64,000 nt of DNA from an uncultured Rivularia sp. (GCA_963665115.1 OY762007.1:8352001-8416000), one strand, 5' to 3'. Numbered from the stretch's first letter, positions 11,955 through 22,812 are shown. The notes: generated from the sequence alone by a model not told the origin. Program-made: numbers and translations.

Positions 11955-12779
11955 ATGAATATTGCAATTATTGGTTGTGGATATGTAGGTTATGCAGTTG
12001 CGAAATACTGGAAGCAAGATAGCGATTTAGTTATAACTGCTACTACTACAACTCCAGCGAAGGTAACAACATTACAAGAAGTCGCGAGCAAAGTTGAAAT
12101 TGTCAAAAGTTCGGATATTGAAGCTTTAAAATCTGTACTGCAAAATCAAGATGTTGTCCTCTTAAGTGTAGGGCCAAAAAGTCGCGATGCTTATGAAGAG
12201 ACTTATCTAAAAACTGCTGAAAATATTGTTTCGGTATTGCAGCAGAATCCAACTGTCAAACAGTTGATATATACGGCAAGTTATTCGGTTTACGGGGATA
12301 GAAATGGCTCCAAAGTTGATGAAGAGACACCAACCGCACCGAGTAATCCGAATGGCGAAATTTTGAATAAAACCGAGCAAATTCTGCTTTCAGCGTCGGG
12401 CGAAAAGCTGCGGGTTTGTATCCTGCGATTGGGAGGAATTTACGGCGAAGGTAGAACCTTGCTTAAAATATTTAGTAGAGCTTTTGGTGAAACTCGCGCC
12501 GGTAGCGGTGAAGATACCACAAATTGGATTCATTTAGATGATATTGTCGGTGCAATTGAATTTGCACGTCAACAGCAGCTTAATGGTATTTATAATTTAG
12601 TTGATGATGCCCATCTTTCGAGTAAGCAACTAATAGAAAATTTATGTCAAAAACACAATAAACCAAACGTTACATGGGATGCTTCTCAAACAAAAACCCG
12701 TTCTTATAATTCCAGGGTATCCAATGAAAAGATAAAAAAAGCGGGATACAAATTGATTCATCCACAGATGATTTTTTGA
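11955..12779 (+). CDS. NAD-dependent epimerase/dehydratase (atypical SDR)
   Basis: GCGYVG Rossmann motif, LRLGGIYG, NWIHLDD. Confidence 0.9.
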   Translation: MNIAIIGCGYVGYAVAKYWKQDSDLVITATTTTPAKVTTLQEVASKVEIVKSSDIEALKSVLQNQDVVLLSVGPKSRDAYEETYLKTAENIVSVLQQNPTVKQLIYTASYSVYGDRNGSKVDEETPTAPSNPNGEILNKTEQILLSASGEKLRVCILRLGGIYGEGRTLLKIFSRAFGETRAGSGEDTTNWIHLDDIVGAIEFARQQQLNGIYNLVDDAHLSSKQLIENLCQKHNKPNVTWDASQTKTRSYNSRVSNEKIKKAGYKLIHPQMIF

Positions 12780-12799
12780 TTTATATTTGATTAATAACT

Positions 12800-13729
12800 A
12801 TGATTACTCAAGACAAAACAGCATCTTCTAGTAAATTTTATACTTGGAATAATTTTCGCTGTGCTTACGATGTTCTTAACCCGATAGATTCAACTCCCGA
12901 AGGAATTCCCTTATTATTAATTCATCCCATTGGTGTTGGTTTATCGCGGCACTTTTGGCAAAGGTTTTGCGATGAATGGTATAAACAAGCTAATCGCAAC
13001 TTAATTTACAATCCCGACTTATTAGGATGTGGTGAAAGCGATATGCCGCACCTTGCTTATTATCCTATTGATTGGGCAGCACAATTAGAATATTTTATTC
13101 AAACTATAGTTAAAAAACCCGTAATTCTAGTAGTGCAGGGTGCCTTATTTCCCGTAGCTATAGAATTAGTTAAAAAGCAACCAGATTTAATTGCTGGAAT
13201 TATTTTATCAGGTCCTCCCGCTTGGAGCGTCATAACGAAGCCAGCAGCAGAATGGCAGCAAAAGCTATTATGGAATCTGTTATTTGATTCACCGTCAGGA
13301 AATCTTTTTTATCGCTACGCCAGACGCAAGAAGTTTTTAGAAGATTTTTCTATCAAACAGCTATTTGATTCAGAAAAAGACGTTGATGATGAATGGTTGG
13401 ATACTTTGCGAGAAGGAGCGAAAAATCTGGCAACTCGCTATGCAGTTTTTTCGTTTTTAGCTGGATTTTGGCGAAAAGATTATCAAAAAGCCATAGAATC
13501 TATAATGCAGCCAACATTAGCAGTTTTTGGCGAAACAGCATCGAGCATTAGCCAAACAGGTAAAAAAGATACCACCGAAAAACGTTTAGCCGACTATAGC
13601 TTGCATCTACCCCAAGGAAGCGCCATCAAAATTCCCGGAAGAAACGTCTTACCTTATGAATCAACAGCCGAATTCGTTAAGGCGATCGCACCGTTTGTAA
13701 ATCAGTTAACAGTGAACAGTGAACAGTGA
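12800..13729 (+). CDS. Alpha/beta-hydrolase fold protein
   Basis: LLLIHPIG, DLLGCGES motifs; nucleophile elbow reads VQGAL. Confidence 0.85.
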   Translation: MITQDKTASSSKFYTWNNFRCAYDVLNPIDSTPEGIPLLLIHPIGVGLSRHFWQRFCDEWYKQANRNLIYNPDLLGCGESDMPHLAYYPIDWAAQLEYFIQTIVKKPVILVVQGALFPVAIELVKKQPDLIAGIILSGPPAWSVITKPAAEWQQKLLWNLLFDSPSGNLFYRYARRKKFLEDFSIKQLFDSEKDVDDEWLDTLREGAKNLATRYAVFSFLAGFWRKDYQKAIESIMQPTLAVFGETASSISQTGKKDTTEKRLADYSLHLPQGSAIKIPGRNVLPYESTAEFVKAIAPFVNQLTVNSEQ

Positions 13730-13857
13730 ACAGTTAAGAGTTAGGAGTTAAGAGTTAAGAGTGAGTAGTGAGTAGTAAATTAATAATTCTTCTCCCCATC
13801 TACCCCCTCTACCCCCTCTACCCCCTCTACCCCCTCTCACCTTTGACCTAAAATACT

Positions 13858-14844
13858 TTGTGGTTAATTAAATTTTGGATAAATGTTCTAGCAGGATTAG
13901 CGATAATATTCACGACATTAAGTCTTGCTGGAAGAAAATGGTGGGTGTTTGCATTAATGGAACATCCAAGAGTTCAGTATTCGCTGATTTTAGTTATTGC
14001 GCTATTCGTCAGTTTATTTACTTTAAAAAAGCGAATTAATATCTGGACTATTTTATGTTCGATTGCTTTATCGAGCAATTTGATATTGATTTTCCCTTTA
14101 TTTATTCCTCCGAATCTAACTTCCACTCAGGCTTTAAATACTTCACCACAAACAATCCGGGTAATTCATGCAACGCTTGATAGTAAACAACCCGATGCAA
14201 CGAAAGCAATAGAATATTTAAATAAGCAAAAAACAGATATTTTATTTTTATTGGAAGTTACTCCTCAATCATTAATACAGCTTAAAAAAGGATTGACAAA
14301 TTACCGTTTAATCGCTGCACAACCAAAATATATTAGTCATGGAATCGCATGGTTTGTAGCTCAACAGCAAACAAAACCAATTGAACCAAAAAGATTCGGG
14401 TTTATTAGTTTACCGAAAGATAACAATCGTCCCTTATTAAGAGCCAGAATTTCTTATAACGATAGAGAAATTACTTTACTTTGCTTTCACGTAATTAGTC
14501 CGCGTAATGCTAAAACAGTAGCATATCAAGAAATAGAATTTGATGCTCTTGCGAAGTGGAGTCAAAGAATACAAAATGGCAAGCAAGATTTAGTTGTGAT
14601 AGGTGATTTTAATAGTACTCCTTGGTATGGGCTATTTCGCAAATTAGTAAGTCAAAGTGGTTTGATAAACTCTCAGCGTGGTTTTGGGATACAAACCACC
14701 TGGCATTCTGTTTTACCGCCAATATTACGAATTCCCATAGATCACTGCTTGCATAGTAAATCTTTAACTACAATTCGCCGTTTTACTGGCTCAGATATTG
14801 GTTCAGATCACTTACCTTTATTTGTAGAATTTAAGTTGGATTGA
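13858..14844 (+). CDS. Membrane-anchored endonuclease/exonuclease/phosphatase family protein
   Basis: Three N-terminal hydrophobic segments, GDFNSTPW, IDH, GSDHLP; TTG start. Confidence 0.9.
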   Translation: MWLIKFWINVLAGLAIIFTTLSLAGRKWWVFALMEHPRVQYSLILVIALFVSLFTLKKRINIWTILCSIALSSNLILIFPLFIPPNLTSTQALNTSPQTIRVIHATLDSKQPDATKAIEYLNKQKTDILFLLEVTPQSLIQLKKGLTNYRLIAAQPKYISHGIAWFVAQQQTKPIEPKRFGFISLPKDNNRPLLRARISYNDREITLLCFHVISPRNAKTVAYQEIEFDALAKWSQRIQNGKQDLVVIGDFNSTPWYGLFRKLVSQSGLINSQRGFGIQTTWHSVLPPILRIPIDHCLHSKSLTTIRRFTGSDIGSDHLPLFVEFKLD

Positions 14845-14927
14845 GGGATTGGGTAATAGGGAATTGGGCATTGGTGATGCGGCTCCCGGCAGCGTCTCTA
14901 CAAACTAATTTATAAAGTCACAACGAT

Positions 14928-17900
14928 TTATTTCTTCTGCGTAAAAGATGTTATTAATCTATGGAAAGATGCTAGAAATCCCTTCAGATGTTCCCAAAAT
15001 ATAATTTTTTGCGTGCTGTTTTGAGCAAATGTCGTTAGTTGAGTGAACCATTTTGTAAAAAACTGTAATTTTTCTACGATATGTTCAACAATCTGCTGGG
15101 CTAATACCATGCTTTGTTCTGCTTCTTGAGAAATTTGTGTTTGAATAGCGGCAGTTTGATTCATGTCACCGACTAATTTACCCACCTGCATATTTACGGT
15201 GGCAATACAATCAAGTTTCTGCTCGTTAGTTTGCAGCGATTGTGTCCAAGTTGATATTTGTTGAGTTCTAGCTTCCATTATCTCAACTATTTGATTAATT
15301 TCTGCCATCTCAGAAGTAAGTAAAGGTTGAGTTTCTACTATTACTTCAAGTAACTGTTCTTTTAACTTATATACATCATCTGTATGAACAATTATAGTTT
15401 CTCCGTAACCATTTACTAAGTTACTTTCGGCGAAGTGTCTATTCATGCTGTAACTGTTATTGGTTTGCTTGCCTAAGTGAGCAGCAAGTTGGCTTATAAG
15501 ATTAGAAAGATTTTGGCAATGTTGATTAAGCTGCTTGACTTTCATTCCACTATCTGAAACAGCTTCCTGAAGAGCAGAAATACTTTCTAATGTAGATTTT
15601 ATGTTTCCTCGCTCTTCTTCAAGTAAGTCATAGTTTTTTTGCACTTGTTGCTCTGCTTGCGAAGCAGTTGTTGTCATGACTTTTGCTGTATCAAAAATCT
15701 GTTGAATTTGTTTGCGAGAAGCAGCAAGATAGTTAGAGAGATTTACAGCTTTACTCCAGAAAGCTTTAAAAATCATTTGGTTATTTTGAGATAGTTCGAT
15801 AACTACCTGTCTTAAGTCTTCCTGTTGGGGAAGAAAGATATTTTGGTTTTGATTTTGATCTTGATTTAATTCATTAGTTTGAGTGTTCTGTTTTATTATT
15901 TTGGCATTATCTAAGGCAAAGCCTATTTGCATGGCAATTTGCGAAAACCATCTAATTTCATGAGAAAGCCAATCACGCGGTTGCGAGCATTGATGAGCAA
16001 CTAATAAACCCAACAGTTTGCCTTCGTTAATAATTGGTGCAACTAAATTCGCCTTAACTTCGAGTTTCTCAAGTTGCTCGATGTAACATCTTGTGAAATT
16101 GGCTTCGTAAATATTTGCAGTCGCTTTAACTCGCCCATTTTGATATTTTTCGATGTATCTGGCTTCAAAGCAAGGATCTTTGATTGTCATTCCCAAAGCT
16201 TTTGTGAATCTAGGAGAAACCGATTCAGCAGTTACCACTCCAAAAGATTCTTCCGAAAGTCCATAAACTACTACTCTATCGCCGTTCAATATTCGACGAA
16301 CTTCTTCAGTTGCAGTTTCAAGAATATTTTCTCTTACGAGAGATTGGCGAATCAGTTTAACGGTTTCGGTAAAGTATTGCGTCCATTGGGTTTCGGTATC
16401 TGCTTGCTTTCTCAAATTCCCAGCTTCTGCTAAGACTTTGGCATTATCGAGAGCAAAACCTACCTGCATAGCAATTTGCGAAAACCACTTAATTTCATGC
16501 TCTTCCCAATTATGTGGTTGCGAGCAATGATGAGCAACCAATAAACCCAGCAGTTTACCTTCGTTGATTATTGGTGCAACTAAGTTCGCTTTAACTTGCA
16601 GTTTCTCAAGCTGCTCGATGTAACATCTTGTAAAATTGGCTTCGTAAATGTTCGCAGTTGCTTTAACCCTGCCATTTTGATATTTTTCGATGTACCTAGC
16701 TTCAAAACAAGGATCTTTAATTGCCACTCCCAAAGCTTTTGTAAAGCCAGGAGAAACTGCTTCGGCAACTACCATTCCATTCGATTCTTCCGAAAGTCCA
16801 TAAACTACAACGCGATCGCATTCGAGTAGTCGCCATGCTTCTTGAGTTGTAGTTTCAAGAATATCTTCTTTATTAAGGGATTGGCGAATGTATCTTACTG
16901 TTTCGGTAAAGTACTGCGTCCATTGGGTTTCGGTATCTGCTTGCTCTCTAAGGTTCGATTTTTCTGCTAAGACATTGGCATTGTCTAAGGCAAAACCTAC
17001 CTGCATGGCAATCTGCGAAAACCATCTAATTTCATGAGAAAGCCAATCACGCGGTTGCGAGCATTGATGAGCAACTAATAAACCCAGCAGCTTACCTTCG
17101 TTGATTATTGGTGCAACTAAATTCGCCTTAACTTCAAGTTTCTCTAGTTGCTCGATGTAACATATTGTATAGTTGGCTTCGTAAATATTGGCAGTCGCTT
17201 TAACTCGTCCATTTTGATATTTTTCGATATATCTTGCTTCAAAACAAGGATCTTTGATTGTTGCTCCCAAAGCTTTTGTGAAACGAGGAGAAACCGATTC
17301 GGCACTTACCACTCCCCGCGAGTTTTCATTTAAGCTATAAATTACAACGCGATCGCAATCTAATACTCGACGGATTTCCTGAGTTACAGTTTTAAGAATA
17401 TCTTCTCGATTTAAAGATTGACGAATCAGTTGAACGGTTTGTGTAAAATATTGCGTCCACTCAGCTTCGATATCTGTTTGTTCTCGAAGATCGGATGTTT
17501 CTGCTAAGACATCAGCATTATCTAACGCAAAACCTACCTGCATGGCAATTTGCGAGAAGCATCTGATTTCATGAGAAAGCCAATCACGCGGTTGGGAGCA
17601 TTGATGAGCAACCAACAAACCCAGTAGTTTGTCTTCATTAATTATGGGTGCAACCAAGTTCGCTTTAACTTGCAGTTTCTCTAGTTGCTCAATATAACAA
17701 GAGCTATAATTTGCCTCGTAAATATTGGCAGTTGCTTTAACCCGCCCATTTTGATATTTTTCGATATATCTTGCTTCAAAACAAGGATCTTTGATTGTTG
17801 CTCCCAAAGCTTTTGTGAAACGAGGAGAAACCGATTCGGCACTTACCACTCCCCGCGAGTTTTCGCTCAAGCTGTAAATTACAACGCGATCGCAACTAAA

Positions 17901-18668
17901 TATTCGGCGAACTTCTTTAACACTAGTTTGAAAAACATCTTCTCGGCTAAGAGATTTGCGAATCACCCTAACCGCATCAGTAAAGTAGTTCGTCCATTCA
18001 GCTTCAGCATTTGCTTGCTCTCTAAGATTCTTCGCTTCTGCCAAGAGATTAGCATTATCGAGAGCAAAACCCACCTGCATGGCAATTTGCGAGAACCACC
18101 TGATTTCATGTTCTTGCCAATGACGTGGTTGAGAGCATTGATGAGCAACCAATAAACCCAGCAGTTTACCTTCGTCGATCACTGGTGCAACTAAATTTGC
18201 TTTGACTCCTAATTTCTCAAGTTGCTCGATATAGCAAGCAGACAGATTTGCTTCATAAATGTTTGGAGTTGCTTTAACACGTCCATTTTGGTACTTTTCT
18301 ATGTATCGAGCCTCAAAACAGGGATCTTCAATTGTCATTCCAAAAGCTTTAGTGAAGCCGGGAGCAACCGATTCGGCAATTACTACCCCATTGGATTCCT
18401 TATCGAGTCCATAGACTACTACCCGATTGCACCCTAACACTCGACGGACTTCTTCAGTTGCGGTTTCGAGAATATCTTGAGGCTTGAGAGATTGGCGAAT
18501 ATATCTGACAGTTTCGGTGAAATACTCCGCCCACTCCATATCTAGATTTGCTTGTTGAGATTCTTCAACAACAGTAGCTCTAAGAATATCTGTAGAGCTA
18601 TCGGATAAATTTTGCTCTGAAGAAGAAAAACCTTGACTATTTTTGGATCTATTGAGATAGCTTGTCAT
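14928..18668 (-). CDS. Five-GAF DXCF-type cyanobacteriochrome with degenerate methyl-accepting (MCP-like) C-terminal coiled coil
   Basis: Five 179-aa repeats, each with DRVVxY, DPCF, CY and KANLVAP..LLVAH; C-terminal region resembles the MCP signalling domain. Confidence 0.88.
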   Translation of the reverse strand: MTSYLNRSKNSQGFSSSEQNLSDSSTDILRATVVEESQQANLDMEWAEYFTETVRYIRQSLKPQDILETATEEVRRVLGCNRVVVYGLDKESNGVVIAESVAPGFTKAFGMTIEDPCFEARYIEKYQNGRVKATPNIYEANLSACYIEQLEKLGVKANLVAPVIDEGKLLGLLVAHQCSQPRHWQEHEIRWFSQIAMQVGFALDNANLLAEAKNLREQANAEAEWTNYFTDAVRVIRKSLSREDVFQTSVKEVRRIFSCDRVVIYSLSENSRGVVSAESVSPRFTKALGATIKDPCFEARYIEKYQNGRVKATANIYEANYSSCYIEQLEKLQVKANLVAPIINEDKLLGLLVAHQCSQPRDWLSHEIRCFSQIAMQVGFALDNADVLAETSDLREQTDIEAEWTQYFTQTVQLIRQSLNREDILKTVTQEIRRVLDCDRVVIYSLNENSRGVVSAESVSPRFTKALGATIKDPCFEARYIEKYQNGRVKATANIYEANYTICYIEQLEKLEVKANLVAPIINEGKLLGLLVAHQCSQPRDWLSHEIRWFSQIAMQVGFALDNANVLAEKSNLREQADTETQWTQYFTETVRYIRQSLNKEDILETTTQEAWRLLECDRVVVYGLSEESNGMVVAEAVSPGFTKALGVAIKDPCFEARYIEKYQNGRVKATANIYEANFTRCYIEQLEKLQVKANLVAPIINEGKLLGLLVAHHCSQPHNWEEHEIKWFSQIAMQVGFALDNAKVLAEAGNLRKQADTETQWTQYFTETVKLIRQSLVRENILETATEEVRRILNGDRVVVYGLSEESFGVVTAESVSPRFTKALGMTIKDPCFEARYIEKYQNGRVKATANIYEANFTRCYIEQLEKLEVKANLVAPIINEGKLLGLLVAHQCSQPRDWLSHEIRWFSQIAMQIGFALDNAKIIKQNTQTNELNQDQNQNQNIFLPQQEDLRQVVIELSQNNQMIFKAFWSKAVNLSNYLAASRKQIQQIFDTAKVMTTTASQAEQQVQKNYDLLEEERGNIKSTLESISALQEAVSDSGMKVKQLNQHCQNLSNLISQLAAHLGKQTNNSYSMNRHFAESNLVNGYGETIIVHTDDVYKLKEQLLEVIVETQPLLTSEMAEINQIVEIMEARTQQISTWTQSLQTNEQKLDCIATVNMQVGKLVGDMNQTAAIQTQISQEAEQSMVLAQQIVEHIVEKLQFFTKWFTQLTTFAQNSTQKIIFWEHLKGFLASFHRLITSFTQKK

Positions 18669-18799
18669 TTTATTATGTATGAATTTGATTATGAATTTGA
18701 TAAAGTCATGCTCAGCATGATTGAGCTATATAGACATCAATAGCTGGATCGATTGCAAATGAGTAGTTAAGCAAAATAGTTGATATATGTATCTGTATA

Positions 18800-18911
18800 T
18801 ACAGCACTTTGCAGGTATATGAGGTACATTTCCCTACTCCCTACTCCCTACTCCCTACTCCCTACTTCCTCTAGAAACGATGTGTACCTCACTTAAATGA
18901 AATCTGCTGTA
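18800..18911. repeat. MITE-like element (TACAGC..GAGGTACA / TGTACCTC..GCTGTA) enclosing a TCCCTAC heptamer repeat
   Basis: About 29-bp imperfect terminal inverted repeats; same family as 44014-44125. Confidence 0.75.
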
Positions 18912-19314
18912 TCTATCCCCTTATGAAGTTTTACTTAAAAAAATTCATACATAATCATGAATGTATAAAATTCTGTCCTTTCTTTTAAAAATAATTCTGC
19001 TAATTTAAGTAATATATCAAATAATATGTCAAGAAAGTAAAAAGAATATGCACTAATTTAAAAGTTCTGAAAATCTTTAATTAGATTGTGCTTATTCTTT
19101 ATATATAAATTATGTAAAAAATGCTACTTTGAGAGATAAAAATTTTGTCAAAGCAATTCAAAATTATCAATTAAAAATTATCATTACCTAATGTTTGAGG
19201 CTTGGAGCAAAGAATATGATGAAAACCTTTTTATCCTTCAATGGAGAGGCTTATATCCTTAATGAAACAATTAATTTTTAATTTTTAATTTTTAGTTTTT
19301 AATTCAAATAATGG

Positions 19315-20157
19315 TTATTCTACCAAATCAAAAAACTCTTGATGAAGCCTTTTTGGAACTAGAAAAATCATCTTCGGACGAAAATCTTTTGGATACTCAG
19401 TAATTTGGATAAACTTTGGTTTTAAATGGATTTTTGATTTATCTTTCGGCTTTATAAATGCAAAAATTAGATAATCTAGTTTCCCTGCAAACTTCAATAC
19501 GCGACTATCAGGAAAAGCTTCAGATAAAATTAAAGGCTGTTCCTTTTCAATTAAATTTTTTCCACCTAACAATACTTCAGTATCCGCACCTTCCACATCT
19601 GTTTTGATTGCAGTGACTTTTAGATCGGGATGTTTGTTGGCAAAGTTATCTAAAGTATCAACTTTCACCTTAATAGAGTCAATAGAATTTTCTGATTTTG
19701 TATTTAATCTGCTTAATTCCGGTAGCCTTGTAATATCAAACTGCATTTCACCGGCTTCTGAATAAACCGCTTCTTGAATAACCGTAATATTATTAACTTT
19801 TTCGGCATTTTCTTTTAAAGCTGCAATACTCCTTAAATCTGGTTCAAAAGCATAAACCTTTCGACAATAAGGAGATACCAGTAATGAGTAATAACCAATA
19901 TTTGCGCCGATATCTAAAAAGCTTTTGCGTTTATCGAGGCATCTAATTAAATATTCTTCGCTACCCCAATCAACAGAACCATTTTTCACAAACAACTCAG
20001 TTCCAAAGCGACTATTGCGGGGAAGATTTATTGATATTTGATTATTTAACTTGATGCTATTATCTTTTTTAAGAATACGCTTATAAAATTGTCTGATAAA
20101 ATATCTGTAAAAAAACTTAGGATAACCAACTTCACGGACGAGATTCCAATTTAACAT
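19315..20157 (-). CDS. FkbM family methyltransferase
   Basis: FLDIGANIGYYS, AFEP, IKTDVEGA; start moved to ATG 20157 because the ORF extension to 20217 is translated STRR. Confidence 0.9.
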   Translation of the reverse strand: MLNWNLVREVGYPKFFYRYFIRQFYKRILKKDNSIKLNNQISINLPRNSRFGTELFVKNGSVDWGSEEYLIRCLDKRKSFLDIGANIGYYSLLVSPYCRKVYAFEPDLRSIAALKENAEKVNNITVIQEAVYSEAGEMQFDITRLPELSRLNTKSENSIDSIKVKVDTLDNFANKHPDLKVTAIKTDVEGADTEVLLGGKNLIEKEQPLILSEAFPDSRVLKFAGKLDYLIFAFIKPKDKSKIHLKPKFIQITEYPKDFRPKMIFLVPKRLHQEFFDLVE

Positions 20158-20345
20158 AATAGGGAATAGGGAATAGGGAATAGGGAATTGGGCATTGGGC
20201 ATTGGGCATGAAGTCAAGCTTTAACCTTAATAATAGCCTCTCTCTTTAATCGAGCGAGCAAGATGCGTCCCCCTGGCGGACACGCTGCGCTAACGCACTA
20301 CAATATATTTTTCAAAAATTGGGATGCTCCATTACCCATTACCAA

Positions 20346-20966
20346 TTACCTATTACCTTTAACCCCCACACCTTTATACATATAACCGATAAATTTAGGC
20401 GTTTTCTCTACATAAAATTCTTCCAAATCCACCCGATAAAATTGTTGTTCTACAAGAGAGCGAATATTACGGTTGAGATGACAACCATCAGCAATCACAT
20501 TTTGTATCGGATTTAATCGATTTTGCCAAGTTTGAACTGATGGTTCATTACTCAAACCATGTTCGATAAAAAAGAATTTACCACCGGGTTTCAACACTCG
20601 ATGAATTTCCTTGACGGCTTGTTCAACTTTCTCAATGCTGCATAAAGTCCAAGTACTGACAACGCTGTCAAAAGTATTATCTGCCATCGGTAGATTTTCA
20701 CCGCTTAATATCCGATGATCTACGGTTATAGAAGATTTTTCAATTCGTTTATGAGCAAGTTTATGAACTCCGGGATTATTATCAACGGTGATTAATTTAT
20801 GAATCTCATCTGGATAATAGGAAAGATTCAAACCAGTACCGAAACCAATTTCTAAAACTTCCCCTTCAACTTCTGCTAAAACTTCTTGACGATATTGATT
20901 AAAAGTAGAATCCGATAGCGACCAATCAAGAAGATAAGGAAAAATTTTCTGTGAATAGAATCCCAT
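20346..20966 (-). CDS. Class I SAM-dependent methyltransferase
   Basis: VLEIGFGTGLN, FDSVVSTWTLCSI, RVLKPGG, GCHLNR. Confidence 0.92.
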   Translation of the reverse strand: MGFYSQKIFPYLLDWSLSDSTFNQYRQEVLAEVEGEVLEIGFGTGLNLSYYPDEIHKLITVDNNPGVHKLAHKRIEKSSITVDHRILSGENLPMADNTFDSVVSTWTLCSIEKVEQAVKEIHRVLKPGGKFFFIEHGLSNEPSVQTWQNRLNPIQNVIADGCHLNRNIRSLVEQQFYRVDLEEFYVEKTPKFIGYMYKGVGVKGNR

Positions 20967-21150
20967 ATTTTCTCCTAAAAGACTTTAATTATCTTAACGG
21001 CCAAAAAACAAATGTTCGGATTTCTTAACAAAATTAAGATAGGATTATGTCTGGCTTATTGTATTATTATCTACATTAATCCTGACTTCTGAAAGCAAAT
21101 TTACATAATTTGTAAAGGTTCGTTCAGAGCAGATTTGTGAGGAGTAACAA

Positions 21151-22812
21151 GTGATACAGAATATTTTTAAAGTATGGTTACATAGTCCTGCTTTATTAGC
21201 TACTACTTTAATAATGACGGCTGCGAGTGCAAATTTAATGCCACAATTGGCAACAGCAACGCAGCCCGATTCTCAAAAGTCTTTTCAATTAAGTGAAATT
21301 CCTCAAAGCTCAGAAAATAATCTAGATTTCAAACAAAACTTTGCTCAAACCGATCAAAAACAAATAATATCTCAAGTTACCTCAGTTTCTCAATTATCCG
21401 ACGTTCAGCCAACAGATTGGGCATTTGCGGCTTTACAATCTTTAGTTGAACGCTATGGTTGTATAGCAGGTTATCCGAATGGAACTTATCGCGGTAATCG
21501 CGCTTTAACTCGTTACGAATTCGCGGCAGGTTTAAATGCTTGCTTGGATAGAGTTAATGAATTGATTGCAACTGCGACTGCCAATATAGTATCTAAAGAA
21601 GACTTAGAAACTTTACAGCGCTTACAGCAAGAATTTTCAGCCGAACTTGCAACTCTGCGTGGTAGAGTTGATGCTTTAGAAGCTCGTACATCTGAAATCG
21701 AGGCAAATCAGTTTTCTACTACTACCAAACTTCAAGGTGAAGCCGCTTTTACTCTTGCAGGTGCAGACGGAGATGATGTAGATGCTGAAATTGTGTTTAA
21801 CGAAAGAATTCGTCTTCAGCTAGTATCTAGTTTCACGGGTAAGGATAAGTTGTTTACTCGTTTAACTGCGGGAAGTATCGGTAACTCATTTGCTGACGAA
21901 ATTGGTACTAATGAAGGTCGTTTTGCTTTTGATGGCCCTGGTAACAACGATGTTGTTCTAGATAGATTGCACTATGTCTTCCCAGTTGGCGACAAACTTA
22001 AAGTAACCACGATGGCGAGTTTGGGAGCGCACCATTTTTATGCTGACGTATTCAACTCCGGCTTGCATGCTGGTGGTGGTGCTACTGGTGCAATGTCCCG
22101 ATTTGCCGAACGAAATCCTATCTATCGTTTAGGAATTGCTCGCTCTACAACAGGTGTTGGTTTTAGCTACAAGCTAGCCGATGCTATTAAGGTTGAAGGA
22201 GGTTATCTTGCTAAAAATGGTTCTAACCCGAACGAGAAAGCAGGATTATTTAATGGAAACTATTCCGCAATGGGACAGCTTGTCTTTCAACCAGCCAAAA
22301 GATTTAAATTTGGTTTGACTTATATAAACGGTTACGATCCAGGTGATGGAACTTTTGCATTTGGTGGCACCGGAACCAACTTTGCTAACGGTTTGCTTCC
22401 TGGTACAGAAGAAAGACGAATCAACAGTAATTCCTACGGTGTGCAAGCTCAACTCGATTTGAGTTCCAAATTTAGTATTCGAGGTTGGGGAAGCTATACC
22501 GATGTTGATTTCAGCGGTGGAGGAGATGCTGAAATCTGGAATTATGCACTGGCTTTAGTATTTCCCGATTTGGGTAAAAAAGGTGGTTTGGGTGCAATCG
22601 TTGCAGGTGCAGAACCCTATGCTGGAAAAATTTCACCAACACCAGCCAACTTTGAAAATGATACACCCATACATATTGAAGCTTTATACAAATATCCCAT
22701 CAACGACAACATTTCAATTACACCCGGAGTCATTTGGTTAAAGTCACCCAATCAAGATGAAGACAACGATGATGTCTTTATTGGTGCGTTGAGAACTACG
22801 TTTACTTTTTAA
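21151..22812 (+). CDS. Cyanobacterial outer-membrane porin (SLH + OprB-type; 'iron uptake porin' family)
   Basis: SQLSDVQPTDWAF..LVERYGC, FSTTTKL, C-terminal LRTTFTF. Confidence 0.95.
   Translation: MIQNIFKVWLHSPALLATTLIMTAASANLMPQLATATQPDSQKSFQLSEIPQSSENNLDFKQNFAQTDQKQIISQVTSVSQLSDVQPTDWAFAALQSLVERYGCIAGYPNGTYRGNRALTRYEFAAGLNACLDRVNELIATATANIVSKEDLETLQRLQQEFSAELATLRGRVDALEARTSEIEANQFSTTTKLQGEAAFTLAGADGDDVDAEIVFNERIRLQLVSSFTGKDKLFTRLTAGSIGNSFADEIGTNEGRFAFDGPGNNDVVLDRLHYVFPVGDKLKVTTMASLGAHHFYADVFNSGLHAGGGATGAMSRFAERNPIYRLGIARSTTGVGFSYKLADAIKVEGGYLAKNGSNPNEKAGLFNGNYSAMGQLVFQPAKRFKFGLTYINGYDPGDGTFAFGGTGTNFANGLLPGTEERRINSNSYGVQAQLDLSSKFSIRGWGSYTDVDFSGGGDAEIWNYALALVFPDLGKKGGLGAIVAGAEPYAGKISPTPANFENDTPIHIEALYKYPINDNISITPGVIWLKSPNQDEDNDDVFIGALRTTFTF

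Noticed and set aside
16074..18437. Repeated antisense ORFs on + strand
   Set aside because: Shadows of the repeated GAF domains on the opposite strand
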